Assembly (NCBI GenBank): GCA_945903645.1
Contig: CAMDOM010000005.1
Location: 30,493 to 94,492 of the forward strand
DNA length: 64,000 nucleotides
Direction of reading: 5' to 3'
DNA from: Chryseobacterium gleum
Lineage (GTDB): Bacteria > Bacteroidota > Bacteroidia > UBA10329
The stretch's first letter is position 1, and each line of letters starts with the position of its first letter. The translations under genes were made by a program, and so were the position numbers. This document shows, piece by piece, positions 19,457 through 28,261 of the stretch. Below the pieces are notes generated by a model. That model searched no databases, was not told where the DNA came from, and worked only from the letters and a program-made list of their open reading frames with translations.

Positions 19457-19881
19457 GAGGCAGGTAACCACGTTTGGGTGCGATACAGAAAAGCGATGTA
19501 TCCGCGAACTTGAAGTTTACCTTTTTCTACCCAAATTTTACCGCGATACACTTTTCCGTTTTCTGGGTCAAGAATATCTCCGCTAGCCCACTCTTCTCCG
19601 TCTTTCACCATATTTAGAATAACTTCCATTCCTTTTACGGGCTTGCCAAAACGAGGGTCTGCTTTATCGCACTCTTCGCAAACAGGATCGGGTTTAGGTG
19701 GGTCGAACAGCTCGAGCACCCGACCGTGAAGCTTACCGTTCTTTTCAAATATTTCCACTACAGATTTTACTTTACCGGTAGCATCATCCACTGTTTTCCA
19801 TTTGCCAACAGGAGAAGTGCGTTGGGCAAATGCGGAGAGTGAAAATATGGTCAAGAGGGCGAAAAGAGCAAAGCTTCTCAT
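19453..19881 (-). CDS. DUF2147 domain-containing secreted protein.
   Basis: The Met at 19881 gives the signal peptide MRSFALFALLTIFSLSAFAQ. GKWKTVDD..GK.KS.VEI and ILDPENGKVYRGKIW are typical of DUF2147. Confidence 0.7.
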   Translation of the reverse strand: MRSFALFALLTIFSLSAFAQRTSPVGKWKTVDDATGKVKSVVEIFEKNGKLHGRVLELFDPPKPDPVCEECDKADPRFGKPVKGMEVILNMVKDGEEWASGDILDPENGKVYRGKIWVEKGKLQVRGYIAFLYRTQTWLPAS

Positions 19882-19982
19882 GGAATACTGATATTGTGTA
19901 GCACAAATATAGTAGTTCACCACTAAGATTTTGGAGCCTACAATTGTATTATGGCCACTTTAAGTCACCTATCCTTTACACG

Positions 19983-19990
19983 TATCTTTG
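19983..19990 (+). promoter_or_regulatory. Candidate Bacteroidota -7 promoter box (TAnnTTTG) upstream of the DUF4175-like gene.
   Basis: TATCTTTG matches TAnnTTTG and lies 45 nt upstream of the ATG at 20035. I found no convincing -33 TTTG at the expected spacing. Confidence 0.3.
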
Positions 19991-20034
19991 CATCCTTCCC
20001 GAAAACATCTAGTGTTTCGGGGCGTTAGCATTTC

Positions 20035-23000
20035 ATGGCCAGCACAGCGGAACAAAGTCTTCTTTTAGAAAAGCTCGATGCTTTCATCCGAAAATATTAC
20101 CTCAATCAGGTAATACGCGGTGGTCTGCTTAGTGCTGGTCTTATTGTTGGGATGTTTGTTGCGCTCGCGGTTATAGAGCATTTCGGGCATTTTGGCGTAG
20201 CCACGCGCACCATTTTGTTCTACACATTTATTTGCACCGCACTCGCAGCTTTAGGAGTTTGGGTTGGTTTGCCAGCGGTTCATTTAAAACGCATCGGCAA
20301 GGTGCTTGACTATGATGCTGCAGCCATCATTGTTGGAAAACACTTCCCCGCTATAGCCGACAAGTTGCTCAATACGCTTCAATTGCAACGCATGGCGGGC
20401 GGTTCAGGTGCAGGTTCAGAGTTGCTAATGGCCAGCATTGAGCAACGCACAGCCGAGTTGCGACCTGTGCCATTTGTAGCCGCTATAGATTTGAAGGAAA
20501 ACAAACGCTTTCTCAAGTTTGCCCTTCCGCCAGCGCTAGCATTGCTTATGTTGCTCATTATTGCCCCAAGCATGGTGCGCGATAGCACTACACGCATCGT
20601 TAGGCATGGCGTAGCCTTTGAAGACATGGCCCCTTTTCGGTTTGTCGTTGTAAATAGCCAACTGGAAACCGTTGCGCTCCGTGATTTTCCTCTTGAGGTA
20701 CGAATTGAAGGCAATGAAGTGCCAAACGACTTATATATAGAAGTGGATGGTGCCCGTCAAATGATGGTGAAAGATGGTACGGGTCAGTTTGCTTTCACTT
20801 TTCGGCAGCCGCGCGAAAACAAAACATTTCAGCTTTTTGGCAGTGGATTTGGTTCGCAGGAATTCGAGCTAAAAGTGTTTCCAAAACCAACTGTTCTTGC
20901 CTTCGAAATGCAGTTGGACTATCCAGCTTACACTGGGCGAAAAAACGAAACTCGTAGCAATAGTGGTGATTTGCTCATTCCAACAGGAACCAAAGTGACG
21001 TGGAAATTTCGCACAGCCGATACAGAAAAACTCGGGTTCCTTATGGGCGATTCGGTTTATGTGCCACAGCGCATTGATAAGGATGGTTTTTCGTTTGCCA
21101 GACGGTTCAAAATGAGTACAGATTATGCCGTGCTTACCAGCAATGCGTTTCTCAAAAATGCGGATTCGTTGCGCTACACCATTGGCGTAATTCCCGATTT
21201 GTATCCGAGTATAGCAGCCGAAGAAACACCCGATTCGGTCAATGCTAAAAGGCTTTATTTCAATGGGCAAATCAAGGATGATTATGGATTTGCATCCCTA
21301 CGGTTTCGCTATCGGGTGGTGCGCACTGGTCAAGGCGAAGAAGCCATTCAAGAGCAACAGCTATCATTAGCCAAGGGTAAAACCAATGATAATTTCTACC
21401 ATTTCTGGGATTTAAGCCGCATGACACTTGCCCCTGGCGATGTGCTGGAATACTGGTTCGAAGTGTGGGACAGTGATGGTGTAAACGGTAGCAAATCGGC
21501 TCGCACGGACAAACGCACGTATCGCTTGCCAACCCTCGGAGAACTTGCCAAAGAGAATGATGCCCAAGGCGAAAAAATGAAAGACGAGCTTTCTGAAGCT
21601 GTAAAAATGGCGAAGAAAATGCAGAAGGAGTTGGGCAAAATGCAAAAGGAAATGCTGGATAAACAGCAACTCACTTGGGAAGATAAGGCCAAAATGAAGG
21701 ACTTGATTGAGATGCAAAAAGACTTGAAAAAACAAGTGGAAAGCCTCAAACAAGAAAACGAGCAGAAGAACTCAAAAATGAATGAGTTTATGCAGTTTGA
21801 CCCTGCGTTGATGGAAAAGCAGCAGCAGCTCGAAAAACTCTTCGAAGAGGTAATGTCGGACGAGATGAAAGAACTCTTCAAAAAAATGGAAGAGATGATG
21901 GACGAAATGACCAAAGACAAGGCGCAAGAACTCATGGAAGACATGAAGTTGAACAGCGAAGATTTGGAGAAAGAACTGGATAGAAGCTTGGAATTGTTCA
22001 AACAACTTGAGTTTGAGCAGAAACTGGAGCAAACGAAAGAACGCCTTGAAAAACTAGCTGAAGAACAAAATAAGCTTTCGGAAGAATCGCTAAAAAAAGA
22101 AAGCGATAAGGATAAGTTGGCCGAGAAGCAAGAAGAGCTGAGCAAGGAATTTGACGAGGTGAAAAAGGAAATGGACGACCTCGAAAATCAGAATAGCGAA
22201 CTCGAGCGACCAAATAAAATGGACGACCTTGAAGAGGAAAAAGAATCCGTAAGCGAGGAGCAAGAAAAAAGCAAGGAACAACTCGAAAAAGACCAGAAAC
22301 AAAAGGCTTCTGAATCGCAAAAAAACGCAGCCAAGAAAATGGAGAATATGGCTCAAAAAATGAGCGATATGATGTCGAAAATGCAGCAAGAATCCCAAGA
22401 AGAAGATATAGATGCGCTTCGCCAAATAGTGGACAACCTTCTTACACTAAGCTTTGACCAAGAGAAGCTTATGGTAACGGGAAAGAAGACCAACCAAAAC
22501 GACCCGCGCTACACCGAGCTTGCCAGAGAACAGCTAAAGCTAAAAGATGACAGTAAACTCATCGAAGATTCGCTGTACGCGTTGAGCAAACGCGTGCCCC
22601 AGATTGAAACTATTGTGAATCGCGAAATTCGTTCGGTAAATGGTAATATGGGCAAGGCAATACGTTCTATGGCCGAACGCAGAACTCCAGAAGCCACATC
22701 ACGCCAACAGCAAGCGCTAACATCTATCAATAATCTTGCTTTGTTGCTCAGTGAAAGCATTGACCAAATGCAGCAAGCCATGGCACAGGCCTCGGGCAGT
22801 GGTTCGTGCAAGAAGCCCGGAAAAGGAAAAAAGCCTTCGGCATCTACCATGCGTTCGCTTCAAGAACAGCTCAATAAACAAATGGAGCAAATGAAAAAAG
22901 GGATGGAAAAGGGCGGCCAAGAAAAAGGTTCAAAGCCCGGAGGCACCAAACCCGGACAAGGCGGCATGGGAGGAATGAACAAGGAATTTGCAAAAATGGC

Positions 23001-23406
23001 AGCCCAGCAAGAGGCGCTTCGCCAAATGATGCGAGAGTACGAGAACGAATTGAAAAAGCAAACTGGTGGAAAAGGCAGTAGTGGCGACATGGATGACCTC
23101 AGTCGAAAAATGGAGCAAACCGAAACCGACATTGTGAACAAACAGATTACGCGCGAAACCATGATGCGCCAACAGGAGATTCTAACCAAACTATTGGAAG
23201 CCGAAAAAGCTGAGCTAGAACGCGAGCAGGAAGAGCGCAGAGAGTCGCGCGAAGCCAAAGATGAAGACTATGGTAACCCTGAAATTTATTTTGAGTATAA
23301 GAGGCGGAAAAACAACGAAACTGAATTGCTTCGTACCGTGCCCGCCAATCTAAATCCGTTCTATCGGAGCAAAGTGGACGAGTACTTTAAGAAGCAGGTC
23401 GAATAA
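20035..23406 (+). CDS. Large membrane-anchored protein, DUF4175-like, with an extremely Glu/Lys/Met/Gln-rich coiled-coil region.
   Basis: 1123 aa. N-terminal TM helices are followed by a beta-rich region and then about 600 aa of charged low-complexity coiled coil (KMQKE, EEMMDEM repeats) plus a Gly-rich patch. The family name is recalled from memory and not verified. Confidence 0.6.
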   Translation: MASTAEQSLLLEKLDAFIRKYYLNQVIRGGLLSAGLIVGMFVALAVIEHFGHFGVATRTILFYTFICTALAALGVWVGLPAVHLKRIGKVLDYDAAAIIVGKHFPAIADKLLNTLQLQRMAGGSGAGSELLMASIEQRTAELRPVPFVAAIDLKENKRFLKFALPPALALLMLLIIAPSMVRDSTTRIVRHGVAFEDMAPFRFVVVNSQLETVALRDFPLEVRIEGNEVPNDLYIEVDGARQMMVKDGTGQFAFTFRQPRENKTFQLFGSGFGSQEFELKVFPKPTVLAFEMQLDYPAYTGRKNETRSNSGDLLIPTGTKVTWKFRTADTEKLGFLMGDSVYVPQRIDKDGFSFARRFKMSTDYAVLTSNAFLKNADSLRYTIGVIPDLYPSIAAEETPDSVNAKRLYFNGQIKDDYGFASLRFRYRVVRTGQGEEAIQEQQLSLAKGKTNDNFYHFWDLSRMTLAPGDVLEYWFEVWDSDGVNGSKSARTDKRTYRLPTLGELAKENDAQGEKMKDELSEAVKMAKKMQKELGKMQKEMLDKQQLTWEDKAKMKDLIEMQKDLKKQVESLKQENEQKNSKMNEFMQFDPALMEKQQQLEKLFEEVMSDEMKELFKKMEEMMDEMTKDKAQELMEDMKLNSEDLEKELDRSLELFKQLEFEQKLEQTKERLEKLAEEQNKLSEESLKKESDKDKLAEKQEELSKEFDEVKKEMDDLENQNSELERPNKMDDLEEEKESVSEEQEKSKEQLEKDQKQKASESQKNAAKKMENMAQKMSDMMSKMQQESQEEDIDALRQIVDNLLTLSFDQEKLMVTGKKTNQNDPRYTELAREQLKLKDDSKLIEDSLYALSKRVPQIETIVNREIRSVNGNMGKAIRSMAERRTPEATSRQQQALTSINNLALLLSESIDQMQQAMAQASGSGSCKKPGKGKKPSASTMRSLQEQLNKQMEQMKKGMEKGGQEKGSKPGGTKPGQGGMGGMNKEFAKMAAQQEALRQMMREYENELKKQTGGKGSSGDMDDLSRKMEQTETDIVNKQITRETMMRQQEILTKLLEAEKAELEREQEERRESREAKDEDYGNPEIYFEYKRRKNNETELLRTVPANLNPFYRSKVDEYFKKQVE

Positions 23407-23414
23407 TCTGCTAA

Positions 23415-23819
23415 ATGGAAAAGTTGAGCGTAAACTTTGAATCAAAGGCCGACAATATCGTAATGGTCGAGAAGTTGGTAGATGATGTGTGCTCCAGATT
23501 CAAGGTGGATGAGGACTACTATGGTAACATTCTTATCGCTCTCACAGAGGCGGTGACCAATGCCATCAACCACGGTAATCTTCAAAACCCAACTAAGAAG
23601 GTAGGAATCGAATTTTATAGCAACGATAATCAGGCATTACATTTTATCGTGAAAGATCAGGGAGTAGGGTTCGATTATGAGCATTTACCTGATCCGACTG
23701 ATCCAGCTAATTTGGAAAAAATCAGCGGTCGTGGCGTATTTTTAATGCGAAATTTGGCCGATGATGTATCATTTTCTGATAATGGAGCTACGGTAGAAAT
23801 GGTTTTCAAAACGGCATAA
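23415..23819 (+). CDS. GHKL ATPase of the RsbW/SpoIIAB anti-sigma serine kinase type.
   Basis: 134 aa with an N-box (ALTEAVTNAINHGN), a G1 box (DQGVGFD) and a G2 box (GRGVFLM). It lies 8 nt downstream of the preceding gene. Confidence 0.7.
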   Translation: MEKLSVNFESKADNIVMVEKLVDDVCSRFKVDEDYYGNILIALTEAVTNAINHGNLQNPTKKVGIEFYSNDNQALHFIVKDQGVGFDYEHLPDPTDPANLEKISGRGVFLMRNLADDVSFSDNGATVEMVFKTA

Positions 23820-23842
23820 TTGTATTAGGTACGCATTGCAGC

Positions 23843-23881
23843 AAGACGCACTTGGATATTTTCCTTGTGCGTCTTCTCGTT
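23843..23881 (+). terminator. Rho-independent terminator after the RsbW-like gene.
   Basis: AAGACGCAC (23843-23851) pairs with GTGCGTCTT (23867-23875) and is followed by a T-rich tail. Confidence 0.6.
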
Positions 23882-23893
23882 TAACACCGCACT

Positions 23894-24310
23894 ATGATTG
23901 AATTTTTTAATGAAGAGGTCGATTTTACCCTAGAGCATTCCGAACAGCTAGAGGATTGGATAGCGGCAACACTAGTGGTAGAAGGCAAATTGATGGGCGA
24001 TGTAACTTTCATTTTTTGCCAAGATGATTACTTGCTAAAGGTGAATCAAGAGCATCTTAAGCATGATTTCTACACCGATATCATCACATTCGATTACACA
24101 GAAAACGATTTGATTTCAGGCGATTTGTTCATCAGCATAGATCGGGTAAAGGAAAATGCTGAGGAGTTAAAAATCCCCTTCGAGCATGAACTTCATAGAG
24201 TAATGATTCATGGGGTACTTCATTTATTGGGATACAAAGACAAGACCAAGAAGCATAAAACGGAAATGACCGATAAAGAAGATTTTTATCTAGCACTTAA
24301 ACAGGCATAA
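23894..24310 (+). CDS. ybeY: rRNA maturation endoribonuclease YbeY.
   Basis: 138 aa with the zinc motif HRVMIHGVLHLLGY. Confidence 0.9.
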   Translation: MIEFFNEEVDFTLEHSEQLEDWIAATLVVEGKLMGDVTFIFCQDDYLLKVNQEHLKHDFYTDIITFDYTENDLISGDLFISIDRVKENAEELKIPFEHELHRVMIHGVLHLLGYKDKTKKHKTEMTDKEDFYLALKQA

Positions 24311-24352
24311 CACAAAAAAAGTCCTGTCGCAGTTGCACCAGAACTTTTGAAG

Positions 24353-24434
24353 TGCCCAGGAGGGGACTCGAATCCCTACACCTTGCGGCACACGCACCTG
24401 AAACGTGCACGTCTACCAATTCCGCCACCTGGGC
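24353..24434 (-). tRNA. tRNA-Leu, anticodon CAG, class II with a long variable arm. CCA is not encoded.
   Basis: The minus-strand sequence GCCCAGGTGGCGGAATTGGTAGACGTGCACGTTTCAGGTGCGTGTGCCGCAAGGTGTAGGGATTCGAGTCCCCTCCTGGGCA folds by hand as follows. Acceptor stem GCCCAGG/CCTGGGC, anticodon stem CACGT/GCGTG, anticodon loop TTCAGGT, and T loop TTCGAGT. The last T-stem pair is A-C instead of G-C. Confidence 0.85.
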
Positions 24435-24543
24435 AAGCTAACGGTAAAGTTAATGTTACATCCTTTCTTCGTGTCGTTTAAAGGAATTGTTATTAAAGGT
24501 GTCTCAACGACTGAAAGCAGCATTGAAGTAAAGGCCAATCTCC

Positions 24544-24551
24544 TACATTTG
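24544..24551 (+). promoter_or_regulatory. Candidate -7 promoter box (TAnnTTTG) for the LTD / TonB-dependent receptor / nuclease operon.
   Basis: TACATTTG lies 28 nt upstream of the ATG at 24579. Confidence 0.35.
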
Positions 24552-24578
24552 TCGCATTATCAATCGCACCTAAACAAA

Positions 24579-25487
24579 ATGAAAAAACAATTACTCGTCC
24601 TTTCTCTTTGCACAATTTCTTTAGCCTCGCAAGCACAAGTTACCGACTGTTCCGAAGTATTTATCTCCGAATATGTTGTAGGTACAGGAAACAATCGTGC
24701 TTTAGAGTTATATAATCCAACTTCGGAAGCCATCAATCTGGCAGGTTATAAAGTAGGTCGTTTTAGAGATGGTTCTGGAACACCTATGTTGGTGGAATTA
24801 TCTGGCACTATCCCTTCTTTAGGCACCTATGTAATTGTGGTAGATAAGCGTGACCAAAATGGAACTGGTTTTGAAGAACCAGTTGACGCAGCGTTATTGG
24901 CAGTGGCCGATGCGTTTGTAAACCCAGTTTATGTGCAGGCGAACTCTCCTTTTTATTTCAACGGAGATGATGCGGTGCCATTGATTAAAGGAACGGATGA
25001 CATCTTGGATTTGGTAGGAAAGATTGGTGAAGATCCAGGAACGGCCTGGAGCGATGCGGATGGAACTTGGTGGACCACCCAAAAGACGTTGGTAAGAAAG
25101 GCTAGCGTAAGGAAAGGAGTAACTGCAAATCCTGCAGCTTTCATAGTGGAGGCAGAATGGGACAGCCTATCTGAGGACACCTTCACCCAGCTTGGATGGC
25201 ACACTTGCGAGTGCGCTTCAGTTGGGGTGAATGAGGCTGAAGTGAGCAAAATGAACATGTTCCCCAATCCTTCTGTTGACAAACAGTTGATGATTTCAAC
25301 TTCGCAAAATATGAAGTCAATTCAGGTGTTAAACATCATTGGACAGGAAAGAGACCATGTGGTATTTACCCAAGCAACTGATCGCCATAAGTTGATTTTG
25401 GAGCACCTTCAAACAGGAATGTATATCGTGAGAGTGACCTTGACTAATGGGGTTGTAATTTCTCGCAAAGTGATGCTGGGCCAATAA
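24579..25487 (+). CDS. Secreted lamin-tail-domain (LTD) protein with a T9SS type A C-terminal sorting domain.
   Basis: I prefer the start at 24579, giving the signal peptide MKKQLLVLSLCTISLASQAQ. The longer track ORF from 24405 overlaps the tRNA. The LTD-like region is VFISEYVVGTGNNRALELYNPTSEAINLAGYKV. The C-terminal sorting tail is MFPNPSVDKQLMI...GMYIVRVTLTNGVVISRKVML. Confidence 0.7.
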   Translation: MKKQLLVLSLCTISLASQAQVTDCSEVFISEYVVGTGNNRALELYNPTSEAINLAGYKVGRFRDGSGTPMLVELSGTIPSLGTYVIVVDKRDQNGTGFEEPVDAALLAVADAFVNPVYVQANSPFYFNGDDAVPLIKGTDDILDLVGKIGEDPGTAWSDADGTWWTTQKTLVRKASVRKGVTANPAAFIVEAEWDSLSEDTFTQLGWHTCECASVGVNEAEVSKMNMFPNPSVDKQLMISTSQNMKSIQVLNIIGQERDHVVFTQATDRHKLILEHLQTGMYIVRVTLTNGVVISRKVMLGQ

Positions 25488-25500
25488 TTTCTCCAGTTTA

Positions 25501-28245
25501 ATGTCACGTTTTCTTTATGTTTTTTTGGCGGTTGCTCTAACCGCATCGTCTGTTTACGCTCAAAAAACGCGTGTTTATGGCGTGGTGAAAGATGCTAATT
25601 CTGGAGAGACTCTAATCTCCGCCAACGTGTTGGTTGCCGAAGGAAAAGGGGTTGTCACCGACTTCGATGGAAAGTATTCCATCGAGGTGGCCAATGGCAA
25701 CTATACCATGCGGATATCCTACATCGGTTACGAATCCACAACGCGTGAGATTAAAGCTAATGGTGGTCAGTTGGAAGTGAATTTCGCATTAGGTAACACA
25801 ACCTTGAATGAGGTGAGAGTGGTTGCCGATATGGCTCTTGACCGCGAAACTCCCGTGGCCTTTACCAATATTGACCCAGTCAAAATCAAGGAAGAACTGG
25901 GTTCCCAAGATCTTCCCATGTTGTTGAATTCGACACCAGGCGTATACGCTACACAGCAAGGTGGCGGAGCAGGAGATACACGAATTAATATCAGAGGATT
26001 CTCACAGAACAACATATCTGTTCAGATTGATGGCGTTCCGATGAATGATATGGAAAGCGGCTGGGTGTATTGGAGCAATTGGTTTGGCTTAGATGACGTA
26101 ACGCAACGAATTCAAGTGCAACGGGGATTGGGGGCAAGTAAGTTGGCTATTCCTGCTGTTGGGGGTAGCATGAATATTCTAACCGCAGGAATCACCTCAA
26201 AACAATCTTCGGAAGTTTCTGTCACGGTTGGAAACAACAACCTTATCCGAACCAACATCAGCTACAATTCTGGACGATTGAAGAATGGATGGGGCGTTAC
26301 TGCGGCATTTGCATACGACCATCAGGATGGGTGGGTGGAAGGAACAGGCGCAGACCGATTTTTCTATTTCATGAAAATCCAAAAGCAAATAAAGAATCAT
26401 ACCATTAGCCTTACCGGTATGGGCGCTCCTCAAAATAGGGGAACGCGCGGTTTTAAGGAGTCGATTCATATTTATGATCGAGCCTACGCAGAAAAAGTGG
26501 GAGTAAATATGAATCATCCATCCGTCACAACGGGACTTCCCGGCAACTATAGCAGAAGGTACAATCAGCAATGGGGAAACATCATTCGCGACAGGAATAA
26601 CCCGAATGCTCAATTTGAGGAGCAAAGTGTGGCTGAGAATTTCTACCACAAACCAATCATTAACTTAAAGCACTTTTGGGCCAAGGATAAGTGGGCAGTT
26701 TCCAATATTGTATATGGCTCATTTGGAGCAGGTGGAGGCACAAGGTTGAGAGGAAATACCATTTTTGACCAATATGGTCATTTGGCGCTTGATCAATTGT
26801 ATGATGAGAATATAACAGGAACTGCATTCGTTCCAGCCTACGACACCACATTGGTAAATGATACAAGCCAATATAAGTCCAAAAACTTCATTCAGGCCAA
26901 TATGAACAACCATTATTGGTATGGGCTTATATCAACCGTAAATCATCAATTCAATGATACGTGGGAACTGTCATTTGGAGTTGATCTTCGTTCGTATTGG
27001 GTCGAAAAATATAGTACCCCCTATGATTTGTTGGGAGGAGATTACGCTGCTATTTATAACCCCGCCCCAGACGCCTACAATTATTTTGATGCGGTTAAAA
27101 GAGTTGGCGATGTGGCCGGATTTCGCGCCAATACCACCGTTTATACAGGAGGTGTTTTTGGGCAAGTGGAGTACAAGAAAAATAAATTTTCAGGATTCCT
27201 AAGTGTTTCAGGGGGCTATAATGCCTACAGTAGAAAAGACCAATACCGCAAGCGCGACCTTGTTTTGTCCGATACTACCATGCGTACGGTTCTAGATATT
27301 AACGATACCATTACCTACAACGGCCAGCAGTACACCGTCAATAGCAAAGAGGCGCAAATTGCTTCAACGGATTGGGTCAATTATTGGGGTGCAACTGCCA
27401 AAGCAGGAGTCAACTACAACATAAATAATCACATGAACGTATTTGTGAATGGGGGCTTGTTCCTGCGTCCACCTACTATCACGGATGTATATTTTGGCAA
27501 CACATTCACCTTCGTAGAAGGAGTAAAAAGTGAACTTTCTTGGGGTGTGGAGTTGGGATATTCCATTCGATATCCACGTTGGGCTGCTAACCTGAACTTA
27601 TACAACACCGTTTGGGAGAATCGGTCGGTTGCTACAACAATAGTGGTTGCAGGAACTCCAACCGTTATTTCGTTGCCAAACATCGGTTCAGAACACCGAG
27701 GGATTGAGATTGATGGAGTGTATCGCACCCCATGGTTTTTCGACATCGAAGGATTGGTCTCTTATGGAGATTGGCGATGGAAGGGTAAATCAACGGCCTA
27801 CTCGTATCAAGAAGGTAGCGATGTGCCAATCGATACCATTACGGTGGATGTAGATGGCGTGCGCGTTGGAGACGCGGCTCAGTTTCAGCTTTCTGGAAGC
27901 ATCAAGATAAAGCCCATCGAGAATGTTTACATCAAAGGGCAGATTACCTATTTCGACAACTACTTTGCGCAGTTTCAACCTATAGATTTGCAAGGTGAGA
28001 ATGGAGGACGCCAGTCGTGGAAAATACCAGCGTATTACTTGTTTGATGTTCACGCAGGATGGACTATCAAACTGAAGAAAATGGACATCAACTTGCGGGT
28101 TTCCGTTCTTAACATCACCGACCACGTTTATATTTCCGATGCCGATAATAATGCCACAAGTTCGCAGACCTTTGATGCAACAGGAGCACAAGTATTTATG
28201 GGGCAAGGCCGCAGATGGACAGCAACAGTAGGAATCAAATTTTAA
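25501..28245 (+). CDS. TonB-dependent outer-membrane receptor with an N-terminal carboxypeptidase-regulatory-like domain.
   Basis: Signal peptide, then a CarbopepD_reg-like segment (VYGVVKDANSGETLISANVLV...YSIEVANGNYTMRISYIGYES), a plug segment (GDTRINIRGF), a 914-aa barrel and a C-terminal aromatic residue (VGIKF). No SusD-like partner follows. Confidence 0.85.
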   Translation: MSRFLYVFLAVALTASSVYAQKTRVYGVVKDANSGETLISANVLVAEGKGVVTDFDGKYSIEVANGNYTMRISYIGYESTTREIKANGGQLEVNFALGNTTLNEVRVVADMALDRETPVAFTNIDPVKIKEELGSQDLPMLLNSTPGVYATQQGGGAGDTRINIRGFSQNNISVQIDGVPMNDMESGWVYWSNWFGLDDVTQRIQVQRGLGASKLAIPAVGGSMNILTAGITSKQSSEVSVTVGNNNLIRTNISYNSGRLKNGWGVTAAFAYDHQDGWVEGTGADRFFYFMKIQKQIKNHTISLTGMGAPQNRGTRGFKESIHIYDRAYAEKVGVNMNHPSVTTGLPGNYSRRYNQQWGNIIRDRNNPNAQFEEQSVAENFYHKPIINLKHFWAKDKWAVSNIVYGSFGAGGGTRLRGNTIFDQYGHLALDQLYDENITGTAFVPAYDTTLVNDTSQYKSKNFIQANMNNHYWYGLISTVNHQFNDTWELSFGVDLRSYWVEKYSTPYDLLGGDYAAIYNPAPDAYNYFDAVKRVGDVAGFRANTTVYTGGVFGQVEYKKNKFSGFLSVSGGYNAYSRKDQYRKRDLVLSDTTMRTVLDINDTITYNGQQYTVNSKEAQIASTDWVNYWGATAKAGVNYNINNHMNVFVNGGLFLRPPTITDVYFGNTFTFVEGVKSELSWGVELGYSIRYPRWAANLNLYNTVWENRSVATTIVVAGTPTVISLPNIGSEHRGIEIDGVYRTPWFFDIEGLVSYGDWRWKGKSTAYSYQEGSDVPIDTITVDVDGVRVGDAAQFQLSGSIKIKPIENVYIKGQITYFDNYFAQFQPIDLQGENGGRQSWKIPAYYLFDVHAGWTIKLKKMDINLRVSVLNITDHVYISDADNNATSSQTFDATGAQVFMGQGRRWTATVGIKF

Positions 28246-28261
28246 TCAACATCATAAGTTC

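Noticed and set aside
21396-22425. Several long minus-strand ORFs (for example 21396..22145 at 249 aa and Ser/Phe/Cys-rich, plus 21412..21753, 21772..22032 and 22090..22425) lie inside the DUF4175-like gene.
   Set aside because: They are antisense shadows of a purine-rich, low-complexity Glu/Lys-coding region. Their products are low-complexity, without start context or motifs, and the plus-strand frame is continuous over 1123 codons.
24405-24578. The N-terminal extension of the LTD gene in the ORF track (start at 24405).
   Set aside because: The extension overlaps the tRNA-Leu gene on the other strand and has no signal peptide. The internal Met at 24579 gives a canonical signal peptide and lies 28 nt after a TAnnTTTG box.
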